Positions 41,101-49,497 of a stretch of DNA of 64,000 nt are shown here, piece by piece (positions within the stretch are counted from its first letter, which is position 1; each line of letters opens with the position of its first letter). Below the pieces are notes generated by a model. The model did no database searches. It worked only from the letters and a program-made list of their open reading frames with translations, and was not told the origin of the DNA. The stretch comes from Polyangiaceae bacterium (GTDB lineage: Bacteria; Myxococcota_A; Polyangia; Polyangiales; Polyangiaceae), in contig DASXHD010000111.1 in NCBI GenBank assembly GCA_036488725.1, positions 16,760 through 80,759 of the forward strand, read 5' to 3'. A program made the translations under genes and the position numbers.

Positions 41101-41375
41101 GCGGGCAGCGCGTCGCTCGCGCTCTCGACCCCGCCGCCCGCGAGCTTGATGACACGCACGCCCGCGACGAGCAGACGCGTGCCGCAGCCGGGCTCGACGC
41201 CGTACGGCTTTCCCTCGTCGGCCGCGCGAAGCGGGACGAGATGCGCCGGGGTGAGCGTCGGGTCGGCGACCGTCGCGGCTCCCGCGCGCAGCGCCGCGCG
41301 GCTCGCGTCCTCCGCCGGCAGCGACGGACCGCATGCGGCGACGAACGCGAGCACGGCGATCCACCGGACTTTCAC
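38184..41375 (-). CDS. large secreted/lipoprotein (hypothetical, ~1060 aa)
   Basis: N-terminal VKVRWIAVLAFVAACG signal plus lipobox. Contains a YGRYGYPYGYGYGYGY Gly/Tyr-rich low-complexity motif. No recognisable enzymatic motif. Exact start (GTG 41375 or 41369, or ATG 41411) uncertain. Confidence 0.6.
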   Translation of the reverse strand: MKVRWIAVLAFVAACGPSLPAEDASRAALRAGAATVADPTLTPAHLVPLRAADEGKPYGVEPGCGTRLLVAGVRVIKLAGGGVESASDALPAPPATTVEIPERLGGGFLFVIGPTVYRAASWLAPLEMLYAAPVSPTQLFIGLDRAYLRLSNAAYVAFDPRTGDPMDLGPWPGSPQVSHYVAADGWRAAAIADLRGVVATFDAGNRWQTLPILIEPKNLELSGDAIVVTGVDADGESQSYAVQPNGQIARLQETTTKKHAEPAPEPEDTARATAKNPLASAVLEGWPLAGGTALVARDGALSRVRMSDGTVLDTAPDAFPLKPARCHAVSLSPMKSAGAFGFVCGVPHGATEIYAYDPAGKLVLLRHFDEPRAVFSPSNGTLVVEGVCDPDATPVDIKKTEQGYCIMRANRKFEDFVVNGDVGTERVVPLADGRTAIVSPPVGDLSTGRLTIFDGAKPKTIPLTFASAQAKPAKAKPDEDDEADDTTPDVDDESRVAAVLRSGTWMQGIEERTPGTLSAWVAHSGRYIGLEISLAGAVKHGPFVVDLGTAMVSGRWGLGWTASRQGYETIDGGMTWKPLALPEPLEVAGPAAGAAMHGCGPLGCVLAGWIRVGWGEPPPHAANDVNAQTPRTFDVPSPTTLHLKCEASGKLAPPSEDTSATQTSGYRYGRYGYPYGYGYGYGYNRTPQTIDWQPFFAMSAPKLGTDDLGFSRRVDEIYDRSGTDSGNSGHFTLSALARLYAWGPKGMDWDSHGRFVVRFTSPFDASNVLHATQGTTIPQFIADSTNFVGLGGYPTHPIQYVSMVPGDDASHALMIVQRYVYSPSGSGPETILVDVEADRPALEVRREGGQALGELESAVRMGGRWYLATTDGNATLVSELDSGVARDVVRIPRVGQEAGVRAPALRLARRADGRMLGAIVIGAPITEGAARPSRWRSQAWALPIDVDSGALGDPERLGASDGSGKAVRVCGAQDGGWVVDGRWPGAAITVLGASGAQLNGYSGSGMFARYHVTPTAMCLEKLSLNGYADAPSAGKLGHVDEPVVSASLYIDRARQAFRCVQSR

Positions 41376-41452
41376 GCGCCCCAGCGTAGCCTGCCTGCGT
41401 GCGGGTGACATCGCACCTTAAACGCGCGGCGCGCCGCTTCGATTTGACGGGC

Positions 41453-42061
41453 TCACGGCGAGAGACGCGCGATCTTCCAGAGCGCGCCGTCTTTTTCGTA
41501 GACGATCCGATCGTGGAGCCGGTGCTCGCGGCCTTGCCAAAACTCGAAGCGGTCGGCCGTCACGCGAAAACCGCCCCAGAACGGCGGCACCGGCACCTCG
41601 CGGCCCGCGTATTCGCGCTCGAGCTCGACCACACGCTGCTCGAGGCCGGCGCGCGTCGTGATGATCTCGCTCTGCGCCGACGCCCACGCGCCGATCTGCG
41701 ACTCGCGCGCGCGCGTCCGAAAATAATCGGCCGACTCTTCGCGCGTCGTCCGACCGACGACCCCCTCGATGCGGATCTGCCGCTGGAGCGTCGGCCAGAA
41801 AAAGAGCAGCGCGACGCGCCGGTTGTGCTCGAGCTCCTGGGCCTTGCGGCTTCCGTAGTTCGTGAAAAAAACGAACCCGTCCTCGCCGTGCCCCTTGAGG
41901 AGCACCATCCTCGAGCTCGGCGCGCCGGTCGCGCTCACGCTCGCGACGGCCATCGCGTTCGGCTCGGGTACGGCCGCGGCTTTCGCGTCGTCGAACCAAA
42001 GCCTGAACTGCGCGTGCGGGTCCGGGTTCGCCGTCTCTTCGGTCAGCACCGACTGAAGCAT
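41453..42061 (-). CDS. pdxH: pyridoxamine 5'-phosphate oxidase
   Basis: PdxH motifs (FRLWFDDA, MVLLKG..DGFVFFTNYGSRKAQEL, RVALLFFWP, RQIRIEGV, ADYFRTRARESQIGAWASAQS, FWGGFRV, EFWQGREHRLHDR). ATG 42061; the upstream 69 codons are rejected. Confidence 0.85.
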   Translation of the reverse strand: MLQSVLTEETANPDPHAQFRLWFDDAKAAAVPEPNAMAVASVSATGAPSSRMVLLKGHGEDGFVFFTNYGSRKAQELEHNRRVALLFFWPTLQRQIRIEGVVGRTTREESADYFRTRARESQIGAWASAQSEIITTRAGLEQRVVELEREYAGREVPVPPFWGGFRVTADRFEFWQGREHRLHDRIVYEKDGALWKIARLSP

Positions 42062-42194
42062 TCGGTCGGGTTTTAGCACGCCGCGGAGCAAGGAAAGGGC
42101 TGTGACGAAAAGCGACTCGGTGCTTACATTTTCGGCCAGACAGCCGTTTGCCTGAACATGTGGGTGACCGCTCCAGGAACGACGGGGTTCCACG

Positions 42195-43772
42195 ATGCCT
42201 AGCCCAAAACTCGACGACGCACGCAGCAGCACCAAGCCTCCGGCCTCGGGGCCCGTGGCGCTGCCCATCCAAGACGGCGATCGCCTCCGTGTTCTCGACC
42301 ACGTCGAAGGCGGAATCGCAGTCGTACAAGCCGACGGATTTCTCTACGCGAACGAGCCGCTCTTGCGAATGCTCGGCTACGCGTCGCTCGAAACGATCGC
42401 GACGCATCGCGTGAGCGCCGTCGCGGGCGCAGCGAGCTACGACGCGTGGGTCGACTCGCACGCCGGTGACGGGCGCACCGAGTCGTGGCGGCGTTCGGAC
42501 GGAAGCGTCGCGCGGGTCGACGTTTCGGTGCGTCCGATGAAAGTCGGCGACGTGGACGTGAGCGTCGTGCTCGTTCGCGACGCGAGCGCGGCGTGGCGCG
42601 CGCAAGCGCAGCTGCAACAAACCGAGCGCCTCGCGGCGGTCGGTACGCTTGCCGCCGGCGTCGCGCACCAGCTGAACAATCCGCTCGCGTACGTCATCGC
42701 GAACATCAATTACCTCGCCGAGGAGATCCCGGCGTTCTTGCAGCAAGTCGCGCCGACGCTCGGCAAACCGGAGCAAGAGCGGCTCGCCGAGCTCCTCAGC
42801 GCGATGAGCGACGCGCGCGAAGGCGCCGAGCGCGTCGCGCGAATCGTCCGGGACCTGCGCACGTTTTCGCGCATGGAAGACGAGCGACGCGATCTGCTCG
42901 ACGTGCTCTCGCTCCTCGAGTCGGCGTGCGTGCTCGTCGAGAGCGAGCTCAAGAACCGCGGACGGCTCGTGAAAATTTTCGACGCGCTGCCGCCGGTCGA
43001 AGCGAACCCGTCGCGGCTCGCGCAAGCGTTCTTGAATCTCCTGCTCAACGCCGCGCAGGCGATCCCCGAAGGCGCGCCGTCGCGCAACGAAGTCACAGTG
43101 CGCGCCTTCCAAGACCCGAGCGACGGCATGGTCGTCATCGAGGTGCGCGACAGCGGCGTCGGCATGTCGGCGGCAGTGCAAGCGCGCATCTTCGATCCGT
43201 TCTACACGCTCAAGCCGGTCGGCGAGGGCACGGGGCTCGGTCTCACGACGTGCCTCGCGATCGTCCACGCGATGGGCGGCGGCATCACGGTCGAAAGCGC
43301 GGAAGGCCGCGGCACGACGTTTCGCGTGCGCTTGCCTCCGGCGACGCGCTCGGCGCGGCGCGCGACCACGACTGCGCCGCCCGCGAGCACGGTGCGCCAG
43401 CGAATCCTCATCGTGGACGACGAGCTCACGCTTCTTTCGTCGCTTCGGCGCGCGCTCGGACGCGAGATCGACGTGGTCCTCGCGAGCTCGGCGAACGAGG
43501 CGCTTCTGGTCCTCGAACAGGACAATCGCTTCGACGTCGTGCTTTGCGATATCATGATGCCCGAGGTGACCGGCATCGAGCTCTTCGAACGTGTTTCCGC
43601 GGCGCATCCCGAGCTGCGCGATCGCTTCATCTTCATGACGGGCGGCGCGTTCTCGGCGAGCACGCGAGAGTTCGTCGACTCGACGGACTTGCCGCGCCTC
43701 GAGAAGCCGTTCGACGTGCGCGAGCTGCGGCGGCTGCTGCACCGCCGCGCCAAGGCAGATTCCGGCCGGTGA
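42195..43772 (+). CDS. hybrid sensor histidine kinase / response regulator (PAS-HisKA-HATPase-REC)
   Basis: PAS-like N-terminus, H-box (AAGVAHQLNNPLAYV), N/G boxes (LLLNAAQA, DSGVGM, GTGLGL), C-terminal receiver (ILIVDDE...DVVLCDIMMP...K). Confidence 0.85.
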   Translation: MPSPKLDDARSSTKPPASGPVALPIQDGDRLRVLDHVEGGIAVVQADGFLYANEPLLRMLGYASLETIATHRVSAVAGAASYDAWVDSHAGDGRTESWRRSDGSVARVDVSVRPMKVGDVDVSVVLVRDASAAWRAQAQLQQTERLAAVGTLAAGVAHQLNNPLAYVIANINYLAEEIPAFLQQVAPTLGKPEQERLAELLSAMSDAREGAERVARIVRDLRTFSRMEDERRDLLDVLSLLESACVLVESELKNRGRLVKIFDALPPVEANPSRLAQAFLNLLLNAAQAIPEGAPSRNEVTVRAFQDPSDGMVVIEVRDSGVGMSAAVQARIFDPFYTLKPVGEGTGLGLTTCLAIVHAMGGGITVESAEGRGTTFRVRLPPATRSARRATTTAPPASTVRQRILIVDDELTLLSSLRRALGREIDVVLASSANEALLVLEQDNRFDVVLCDIMMPEVTGIELFERVSAAHPELRDRFIFMTGGAFSASTREFVDSTDLPRLEKPFDVRELRRLLHRRAKADSGR

Positions 43773-44614
43773 AGGACGACGAGACCGCACTCGCGCGCTT
43801 CCTCGAGCTGGTGGCGCGCGAAATGGACACCGCGGACGTGCGCGCCGAGCCGCGCGGCACCGTCGAGCCGCAGGCCGGCGTGCTCGTCGTTCCGCTCGGC
43901 GAGCGCTCGGAGGTCGTCGTTCATTTCGGCGAGGTACCGGCCGACGTCGACGCGCGCCAAAGGCGGCTCGAGATGCTCGCGACCGCGTTCGCGAGCGCGA
44001 TCGAAGACGGCCTGAAACACCCGCAAATCAGCCGCCGTTCGCTCCGGCGCGAGCTCGAGGGCCTCGCCGAGCGCGCGGACGCGATCGACGCGCTCGTCAT
44101 CGACGCGCACTCGCCCATCGTGTGGGGCGCGGTCGCGGGGCCCGTCGTGACCGCCAAGACGAACGTCATCCCATTGAATCCCGAGTCGCGCGCACGCATC
44201 GCGCGCATTCACGATTCGCATCGCGATCTCATCGCGGCGATCGGTGGCGTGGACGAAGAGGACGAAGGCGAGCGCACGTCGGCGCCGCCTCCGCCGGGCG
44301 CACCGTCGCCGCTGACGACGCGCGCGGTCGCCGAAATCCGCGCGATGCCGGCGACGGCCATGCTCCACCGAGGCGGACACCTCGCGTTCAACCGGCGCGA
44401 GGAGCATTACGGCGTCGTCGCGCGGAGCTTCGCCGCGATCTACGTGCTCATCTTGGTGTTCGACAAAGCGTTCGACATGATTCGCGCCGAACGCGCGCTC
44501 CGCGAGGGCCTTCCGGTCGTCGAGCGCCTCGTGCTCGCGCTCCCGCCGATGGATCCCGAGCCCGGCCCGACCGCCGGCGTCATCGCGATTCGCCGCCCGC
44601 GCCGGCGTCGTTAA
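43769..44614 (+). CDS. hypothetical protein co-transcribed with hybrid kinase
   Basis: GTG overlapping the kinase stop (GTGA). 281 aa with two ~100-aa halves and a Pro/acidic linker. No confident family assignment; a tandem roadblock/LC7-like fold is only a guess. Confidence 0.45.
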   Translation: MKDDETALARFLELVAREMDTADVRAEPRGTVEPQAGVLVVPLGERSEVVVHFGEVPADVDARQRRLEMLATAFASAIEDGLKHPQISRRSLRRELEGLAERADAIDALVIDAHSPIVWGAVAGPVVTAKTNVIPLNPESRARIARIHDSHRDLIAAIGGVDEEDEGERTSAPPPPGAPSPLTTRAVAEIRAMPATAMLHRGGHLAFNRREEHYGVVARSFAAIYVLILVFDKAFDMIRAERALREGLPVVERLVLALPPMDPEPGPTAGVIAIRRPRRRR

Positions 44615-45777
44615 AGAGAGAGCTCGCGCACCGCGCGAACGAACGCATCGATTTCGGCGAGCTCGTTGTAGACGTGCGCGCTCGCCCGAACGGTGCCGGC
44701 GAGACCGAGCGTCTCGTGGAGCGAGTGCGCGCAGTGCTGCCCGGCCGATACGCAGATCCCCGCGTCGGCGAGCTTCCGCGCGACGGCCTCGGGTGCGTCG
44801 ACGCCGAACGATGCGATCGCAAGACGGGATTCGCGGGCGCTCGCTCCGAGCACACGAACGCGCGGGATTTCGGCGAGCCCGTCGAGCATGCGCGCCGCGA
44901 GCGCCTGCTCGTGCGCGCGAATCGCGTCCCAACCGAGCGCCCGCAGCCAACGCACCGCCGCGCCGAAACCAATCGCCCCCTCGATCGCCGGCGTCCCGGC
45001 CTCGAAGCGCAGCGGCGGATCGAGCGGCACGAACGCACCGTCCGACATGCCTCCGCCGACTTGATAAAGCGCGAGCTTCGCGAGCCTGTCGCGCTGCGCG
45101 TACAAAAATCCGACGCCCGTCGGCCCGAACGCCTTGTGCGAGCTCGCCGCGACGAAATCCACGCCGAGCGCGCGCACGTCGATCGGCAAGTGCGAGAGCG
45201 ACTGCGCCGCGTCGAGCAAAACCGGCACACCGCGCGCGTGCGCGAGCGCCGAGAGCTCGGCGACCGGCGCGACGACGCCGGTCACGTTCGACGCGTGCGC
45301 AAAGGCGAGGAGCTTCGTCCGCGGCGAAAACAGTTTTTCGATCGCGTCCCAACGCGGCACGCCCTCGTCGTCGACCGGCACGACGACCGGCCGCGCGCGA
45401 AATCGCCACGGAAGAAAATTCGCGTGATGCTCGCTCGCCGGAACAATCACCTCGTCGTCCGGCCCGAGCCCGAGGCCGTGCGCGAGCAAGTTGATCGCTT
45501 CGGTCGCGCCGCGCGTGAAGACGATCTCGCTCGGCGACGCGCCGACGAAGCTCGCGATTTCGAGGCGCGCCGCTTCGTAGCTTCGTGTGGCAATTTCGCC
45601 GAGCGGGTGAACGCTGCGATGCACGTTGCCGGTCGACGTCTCGTAATAGGCGAGGACCGCGTCGATGACCGGACGCGGCTTGGGCGCCGTCGATGCGGCG
45701 TCGAGAAAGACGAACGGCCGCAAAAGCAGCGGAAATTCGGGCCGAACGCGCCGCGCGAGCTCGTCAGTGGAATCCAT
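44611..45777 (-). CDS. cysteine desulfurase-like class V aminotransferase (SufS/CsdA family)
   Basis: Class V PLP fold motifs including the SSHK PLP-lysine motif (DFVAASSHKAFGPTGVGFLY) and a C-terminal active-site Cys loop (SAGQHCAHSL). Confidence 0.8.
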   Translation of the reverse strand: MDSTDELARRVRPEFPLLLRPFVFLDAASTAPKPRPVIDAVLAYYETSTGNVHRSVHPLGEIATRSYEAARLEIASFVGASPSEIVFTRGATEAINLLAHGLGLGPDDEVIVPASEHHANFLPWRFRARPVVVPVDDEGVPRWDAIEKLFSPRTKLLAFAHASNVTGVVAPVAELSALAHARGVPVLLDAAQSLSHLPIDVRALGVDFVAASSHKAFGPTGVGFLYAQRDRLAKLALYQVGGGMSDGAFVPLDPPLRFEAGTPAIEGAIGFGAAVRWLRALGWDAIRAHEQALAARMLDGLAEIPRVRVLGASARESRLAIASFGVDAPEAVARKLADAGICVSAGQHCAHSLHETLGLAGTVRASAHVYNELAEIDAFVRAVRELSL

Positions 45778-45895
45778 AATCTCGCCGGAAAGTTAGCACC
45801 GAGAGCACGCGCTCGCTGAACGGCCGTGTAGTCGACGCGCTGAGCCTTTCTTGACCCGCCGGCCCCGAGCCGTGTAGGAACGTGCGCTGCTGCAC

Positions 45896-46177
45896 ATGGG
45901 TAGTCGGCTCTCTACGTCGCCCGCGGTGGCTTTGCAGCACCGCGTTTCACTTCAACAAGCCAGGCAACTGCTCCGCGGCCGCTGGGTCGCGCTGGACGAT
46001 TGCCGGTACGACACGAGGACCTCGCAGGTCATCGAGGGGTCGGTCGTCGACTCGGACGAGGACCTCGTCGAGCTGTGCACTCGCATGCGCAGCGCCGATC
46101 TGCAGCACTGCGCGATCCTCTTCTGCAGCGAGGACGACGAGACCCCGCCGTCCTCCCGAATGCGCATCTCGCACTAG
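45896..46177 (+). CDS. small hypothetical protein (93 aa)
   Basis: ORF preceded by a sigma-70-like TTGACC-N18-TAGGAAC in the 118-bp intergenic region 45778-45895. Lower GC3 than neighbours. No homology recognised. Confidence 0.3.
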   Translation: MGSRLSTSPAVALQHRVSLQQARQLLRGRWVALDDCRYDTRTSQVIEGSVVDSDEDLVELCTRMRSADLQHCAILFCSEDDETPPSSRMRISH

Positions 46178-47052
46178 CGCTTCACCACCGGGCGGAGGAT
46201 GGTCTTGCCGTCCTTGACCGTGACCTCGAAGTCGACCGACTTGCCGTGTTTTTCGCGGAGCTTCGCGCTCGATTCGCGGAGGCTCTTCGCCATCGCGTCG
46301 TAAGTGATGGCGGCGGTCGACTCGTTTCGCTCGCGCCGAGTCTGGACGTACTGCGTGTAGAGCTGGCGCATGCGGTCGTCGCTGAGATCGGCGGGCGAAC
46401 GCGGCAACGGCGGGGGAGCGGTCGGCTTTTTCGGAAGCGGCGGCGGCTGTTTCGCCGGCAAAGGCGGCGGCTTCGGCGGCGCGGGCGCTGCGGGCGGTGC
46501 GGGCGGCGGGGCGGCTGGTTTGGCTTCGACTTTGCGCCACATCGGGCGCGGCGGCGCCGGGGCGGCGGCCTTGGGCGCGGGCTCGGACACACCCGCGTTC
46601 AAGATGCGATCGAGATCGGCGAAGTCGTCGAGCGGATCGAGCTGGACGGCTTGAAACGCGGGCGTCGAGATGATCGCCCGCGGCACGCTGGGCTCGGGGG
46701 CGGGCGGCGGCGGCTCGGGCTCGGCGTCGACTTTGGCCTCGGGCGACTTGAAGCGCCGCTGCGCGCGCAGCATGTCGCGCTTGTACGTGCCTTCTTCGAT
46801 CTGGCGGCAGATTCGCTGCCAGTGCGTTTGGTACGTGTTGTACCGCTGGATGATCATCTGGAAGCGAAAGCGCACCGCCGTGTTGCGGATTTGCTCTTTG
46901 CGCATCACCTGGATGCGCCGCTCGACGTCCTTGTGCGGAACCGACGGCACCATTTTCTCGATGCCCATGAAATATTGCTCGTAGAGCGCGCGCAGTCGGT
47001 CGACGCGCGTCTCGAGCTCACCGACGAGGGTCTCGATCTCGCTGGATTCCAC
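46174..47052 (-). CDS. hypothetical protein with conserved N- and C-terminal domains separated by a Pro-rich linker
   Basis: 292 aa. N-terminus MESSEIETLVGELETRVDRLRALYEQYFMGIEK. ~110-aa PAPPP-rich linker. C-terminus MRQLYTQYVQTRRERNESTAAITYDAMAKSL. Confidence 0.6.
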   Translation of the reverse strand: MESSEIETLVGELETRVDRLRALYEQYFMGIEKMVPSVPHKDVERRIQVMRKEQIRNTAVRFRFQMIIQRYNTYQTHWQRICRQIEEGTYKRDMLRAQRRFKSPEAKVDAEPEPPPPAPEPSVPRAIISTPAFQAVQLDPLDDFADLDRILNAGVSEPAPKAAAPAPPRPMWRKVEAKPAAPPPAPPAAPAPPKPPPLPAKQPPPLPKKPTAPPPLPRSPADLSDDRMRQLYTQYVQTRRERNESTAAITYDAMAKSLRESSAKLREKHGKSVDFEVTVKDGKTILRPVVKR

Positions 47053-47072
47053 GGGCTACGCCCATCATAACG

Positions 47073-47918
47073 TCACGGAAGCGGCGTGACCTTCACGTTG
47101 TCGAAGCAAACTTTGGCTTCCCAGTCGTTGAAACCGAAGTGGTCGTGGCCGAAACCGACGAGCGGCTGCGGATCGTCCCACGACAAATAGTCGAGGCCGT
47201 TGACCGACCAGCGAATCGTGTGGCCGTCGGTGCGCTCGATCCTGAAGTGATAGATTTGGCCGGCGAACACGGGCTTTTCGCGCGGGTCGTCGGACTGCTG
47301 GTCGACGCGGATTTCGCGGCGATCGGGGGCGTGCTCGTTTTCGCGCGCGAGGACGTGGAATTGGTTTTTCCACCCGCCGAGGACGACGACGTAGCTCGTC
47401 GCGTTGTCGTAGGTCGTCTTGGTCGCGTGCGATTGGCCGTCGCCCCAGACCTCGGCTTTGAGATCGCCTTGCGCCGTCTCGGCGATCGCGTCGAACTCGA
47501 TGCGCGCGTTGATCGGGAGCGTGCGGTTCAACCAGACGCCGTGGTTGGCGGCGCGCTGGCCGCAGAGCCGGCCGTTTTCGATGTGCCACGCGGCCGTTTC
47601 GGCTTGGCGCCAGTTCGGGCCGAGCTCGTCGCCCAAGCCGCCGGCGCTCGCCACCGGCGGCGGCACGAGCCGAATGCCCGAGCCGGAAGCCGACGGCATC
47701 GGCGTCGGCATCATCGCGATGTGCGGCATCACGGCCGCGTCGGACGGCGTCCGTTCGAAGTCGTCCTCGAAGGGTCCGTTCATCACGTTGAACGACGGGC
47801 GGAACGTCGGCGCGGCGGTCGCCGCGGTCGAGCCGGCTTCGTCGTCGCGCGTGCTGTTGCCGGCCGGGACGCAGGCCGCGGCACAACCGAGGACGAGGGC
47901 AGCGAGCTCGAGCTTCAC
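47073..47918 (-). CDS. lipoprotein with LamG/DUF1080-like jelly-roll domain
   Basis: GTG 47918 gives KLELAALVLGCAAAC lipobox. C-terminal WHIENGRLCGQ...VWLNRTLPINARIEFDA...LKAEVWGDGQSH...YVVVLGGW resembles DUF1080/concanavalin-like hydrolase-fold proteins. Confidence 0.55.
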   Translation of the reverse strand: MKLELAALVLGCAAACVPAGNSTRDDEAGSTAATAAPTFRPSFNVMNGPFEDDFERTPSDAAVMPHIAMMPTPMPSASGSGIRLVPPPVASAGGLGDELGPNWRQAETAAWHIENGRLCGQRAANHGVWLNRTLPINARIEFDAIAETAQGDLKAEVWGDGQSHATKTTYDNATSYVVVLGGWKNQFHVLARENEHAPDRREIRVDQQSDDPREKPVFAGQIYHFRIERTDGHTIRWSVNGLDYLSWDDPQPLVGFGHDHFGFNDWEAKVCFDNVKVTPLP

Positions 47919-47993
47919 GGGCGTCGGTTTTAGCACGTCGCGGCAGCGGTCGACATCGGCATCCCTCGGGAGTACACCCCGAGGCGCCCGGCA

Positions 47994-49430
47994 ATGCATC
48001 CCATTCTCTTTCACATCCCGCTCCCTCATCGCCCGCTGAAGCTTTGGTGGGGACTCGTCGTGCTCGCCGTGCTCGGTGCGCTTTATGGCGCGTTCTACGC
48101 GCGCAAGCGCGTGCGCGACGAAGCGCTCACCGGTCTCGTCGTCGCCGCGGCGGCCGCCGCCGGCGCGTATTACTGGCGCGGCGTCGAGTACAAGATCGAT
48201 TCGCTGCCGATTTATTCGTACGGCGTCCTCCTCGGCACGTCGCTCATCGTCGGGTGGTTTCTCTCGCTCGGACTCGCGCAGCGCGACGGCCTTCCGCGCG
48301 AGACGATGGCGAACTGTTACGTCATCACGGCGATCGCGGCGCTCATCGGCGCGCGCCTCCTCTACATCGTCACCAACCCGAGTCAGTTCGACACGACGGC
48401 CGACTTTTTCGCGCTCCGCCGCGGCGGCCTCGTGGCGTACGGAGGGTTCGTCGGCGGGTTCCTCGGGAGCTGGCTTTATTTGTCGCGACAAAACGTTCGG
48501 CTTCTTCCGTGGGCCGACGTCGCGGTGCCGAGCCTCGCGTCCGGTCTCTTGATCACGCGCATCGGCTGTTATCTCTACGGATGCGACTTCGGCAAAGTGC
48601 TCTCGAGCGCGCACCCGAGCTCGCCGAACGCGCCCGCGTGGCTCCAGAAGCTCGGCTCGTTCCCGCACCTCGCCGACGGCACGCTCGGCTACGACGACAA
48701 AGGCAACGCCCTCGTCGGCAGCATCCCGTTCGCGCACCACATGAAGCTCTGCCAGGAGATGGCCTTCAAGGCCGCCGACTGCATGAAGCTGAAGGAGCAC
48801 TCCTTCCCGGTGCACCCGACGCAAATTTACGAGGCCCTCGTCGGGCTCGGTTTGCTCGCGCTGCTCCTCTGGCATCGCAAGCACCAGAAATTCCGCGGAC
48901 AGATTTTCTTCACGTTCGTCTTCGCGTACGGATTTCTGCGCTTCATCCTCGAGCTCTTTCGCGACGACGAAGAGCGCGGAAACGTGCCGCCGCAGATGGA
49001 TCGCTACGTGCTGATCTCGGGGGGCCTCCTGCTCTTCGCGGTGGCGTTCATTTTCGGCGTGTCCCTCGGCATTCCGAACAAGCGCGTGCGCTCGGTCGCG
49101 CGCGTGCTGTCGGTCGTGCCGGCGATCGTCGCGTTCTTCGTGCTGAAGCCGGGGCAATTCGAGAGCGACCCGTACATGCTCTCGACGAGCCAGTTCGTCG
49201 GCCTATTGAGCGCGCTCATCGTCTCGTACTTCTACGCGAAGCTTTGGGAGCAAGCCCGTAAGAGCCCCGAGGCCGCGATGAGCATCGGCATCGAGAGCGA
49301 GCTCAAGATGAAGAAGAAGAAGGCCGTCGTCGAGCCCGAGGAAGAAGAAGACGAGGACGACGAAGAGCCCTCGAAAGACGAAGAAGAAGACGAGGACGAC
49401 GAAGAGGAGCCGAAGGCCGAGCCCGCTTGA
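47994..49430 (+). CDS. lgt: prolipoprotein diacylglyceryl transferase with unusual C-terminal polyacidic tail
   Basis: Lgt signature (HPTQIYEAL), conserved Lgt topology and motifs (GARLLYIV, GGLVAYGGF, RIGCYLYGCDFG). The last ~70 aa are an extension ending in EPEEEEDEDDEEPSKDEEEDEDDEEEPKAEPA. Confidence 0.8.
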   Translation: MHPILFHIPLPHRPLKLWWGLVVLAVLGALYGAFYARKRVRDEALTGLVVAAAAAAGAYYWRGVEYKIDSLPIYSYGVLLGTSLIVGWFLSLGLAQRDGLPRETMANCYVITAIAALIGARLLYIVTNPSQFDTTADFFALRRGGLVAYGGFVGGFLGSWLYLSRQNVRLLPWADVAVPSLASGLLITRIGCYLYGCDFGKVLSSAHPSSPNAPAWLQKLGSFPHLADGTLGYDDKGNALVGSIPFAHHMKLCQEMAFKAADCMKLKEHSFPVHPTQIYEALVGLGLLALLLWHRKHQKFRGQIFFTFVFAYGFLRFILELFRDDEERGNVPPQMDRYVLISGGLLLFAVAFIFGVSLGIPNKRVRSVARVLSVVPAIVAFFVLKPGQFESDPYMLSTSQFVGLLSALIVSYFYAKLWEQARKSPEAAMSIGIESELKMKKKKAVVEPEEEEDEDDEEPSKDEEEDEDDEEEPKAEPA

Positions 49431-49497
49431 GCGGACCAGGCGAACGAGATGTGCTAAGTAGCTTGAGCTGTCGCGGCGGCCGGCGATCGCACAGCGC

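Noticed and set aside
38179-41364. 1061-aa minus-strand ORF offset from 38184..41411
   Set aside because: Other frame of the same region. The 38184 frame carries the signal peptide plus lipobox and non-junk composition, while this frame is R-rich.
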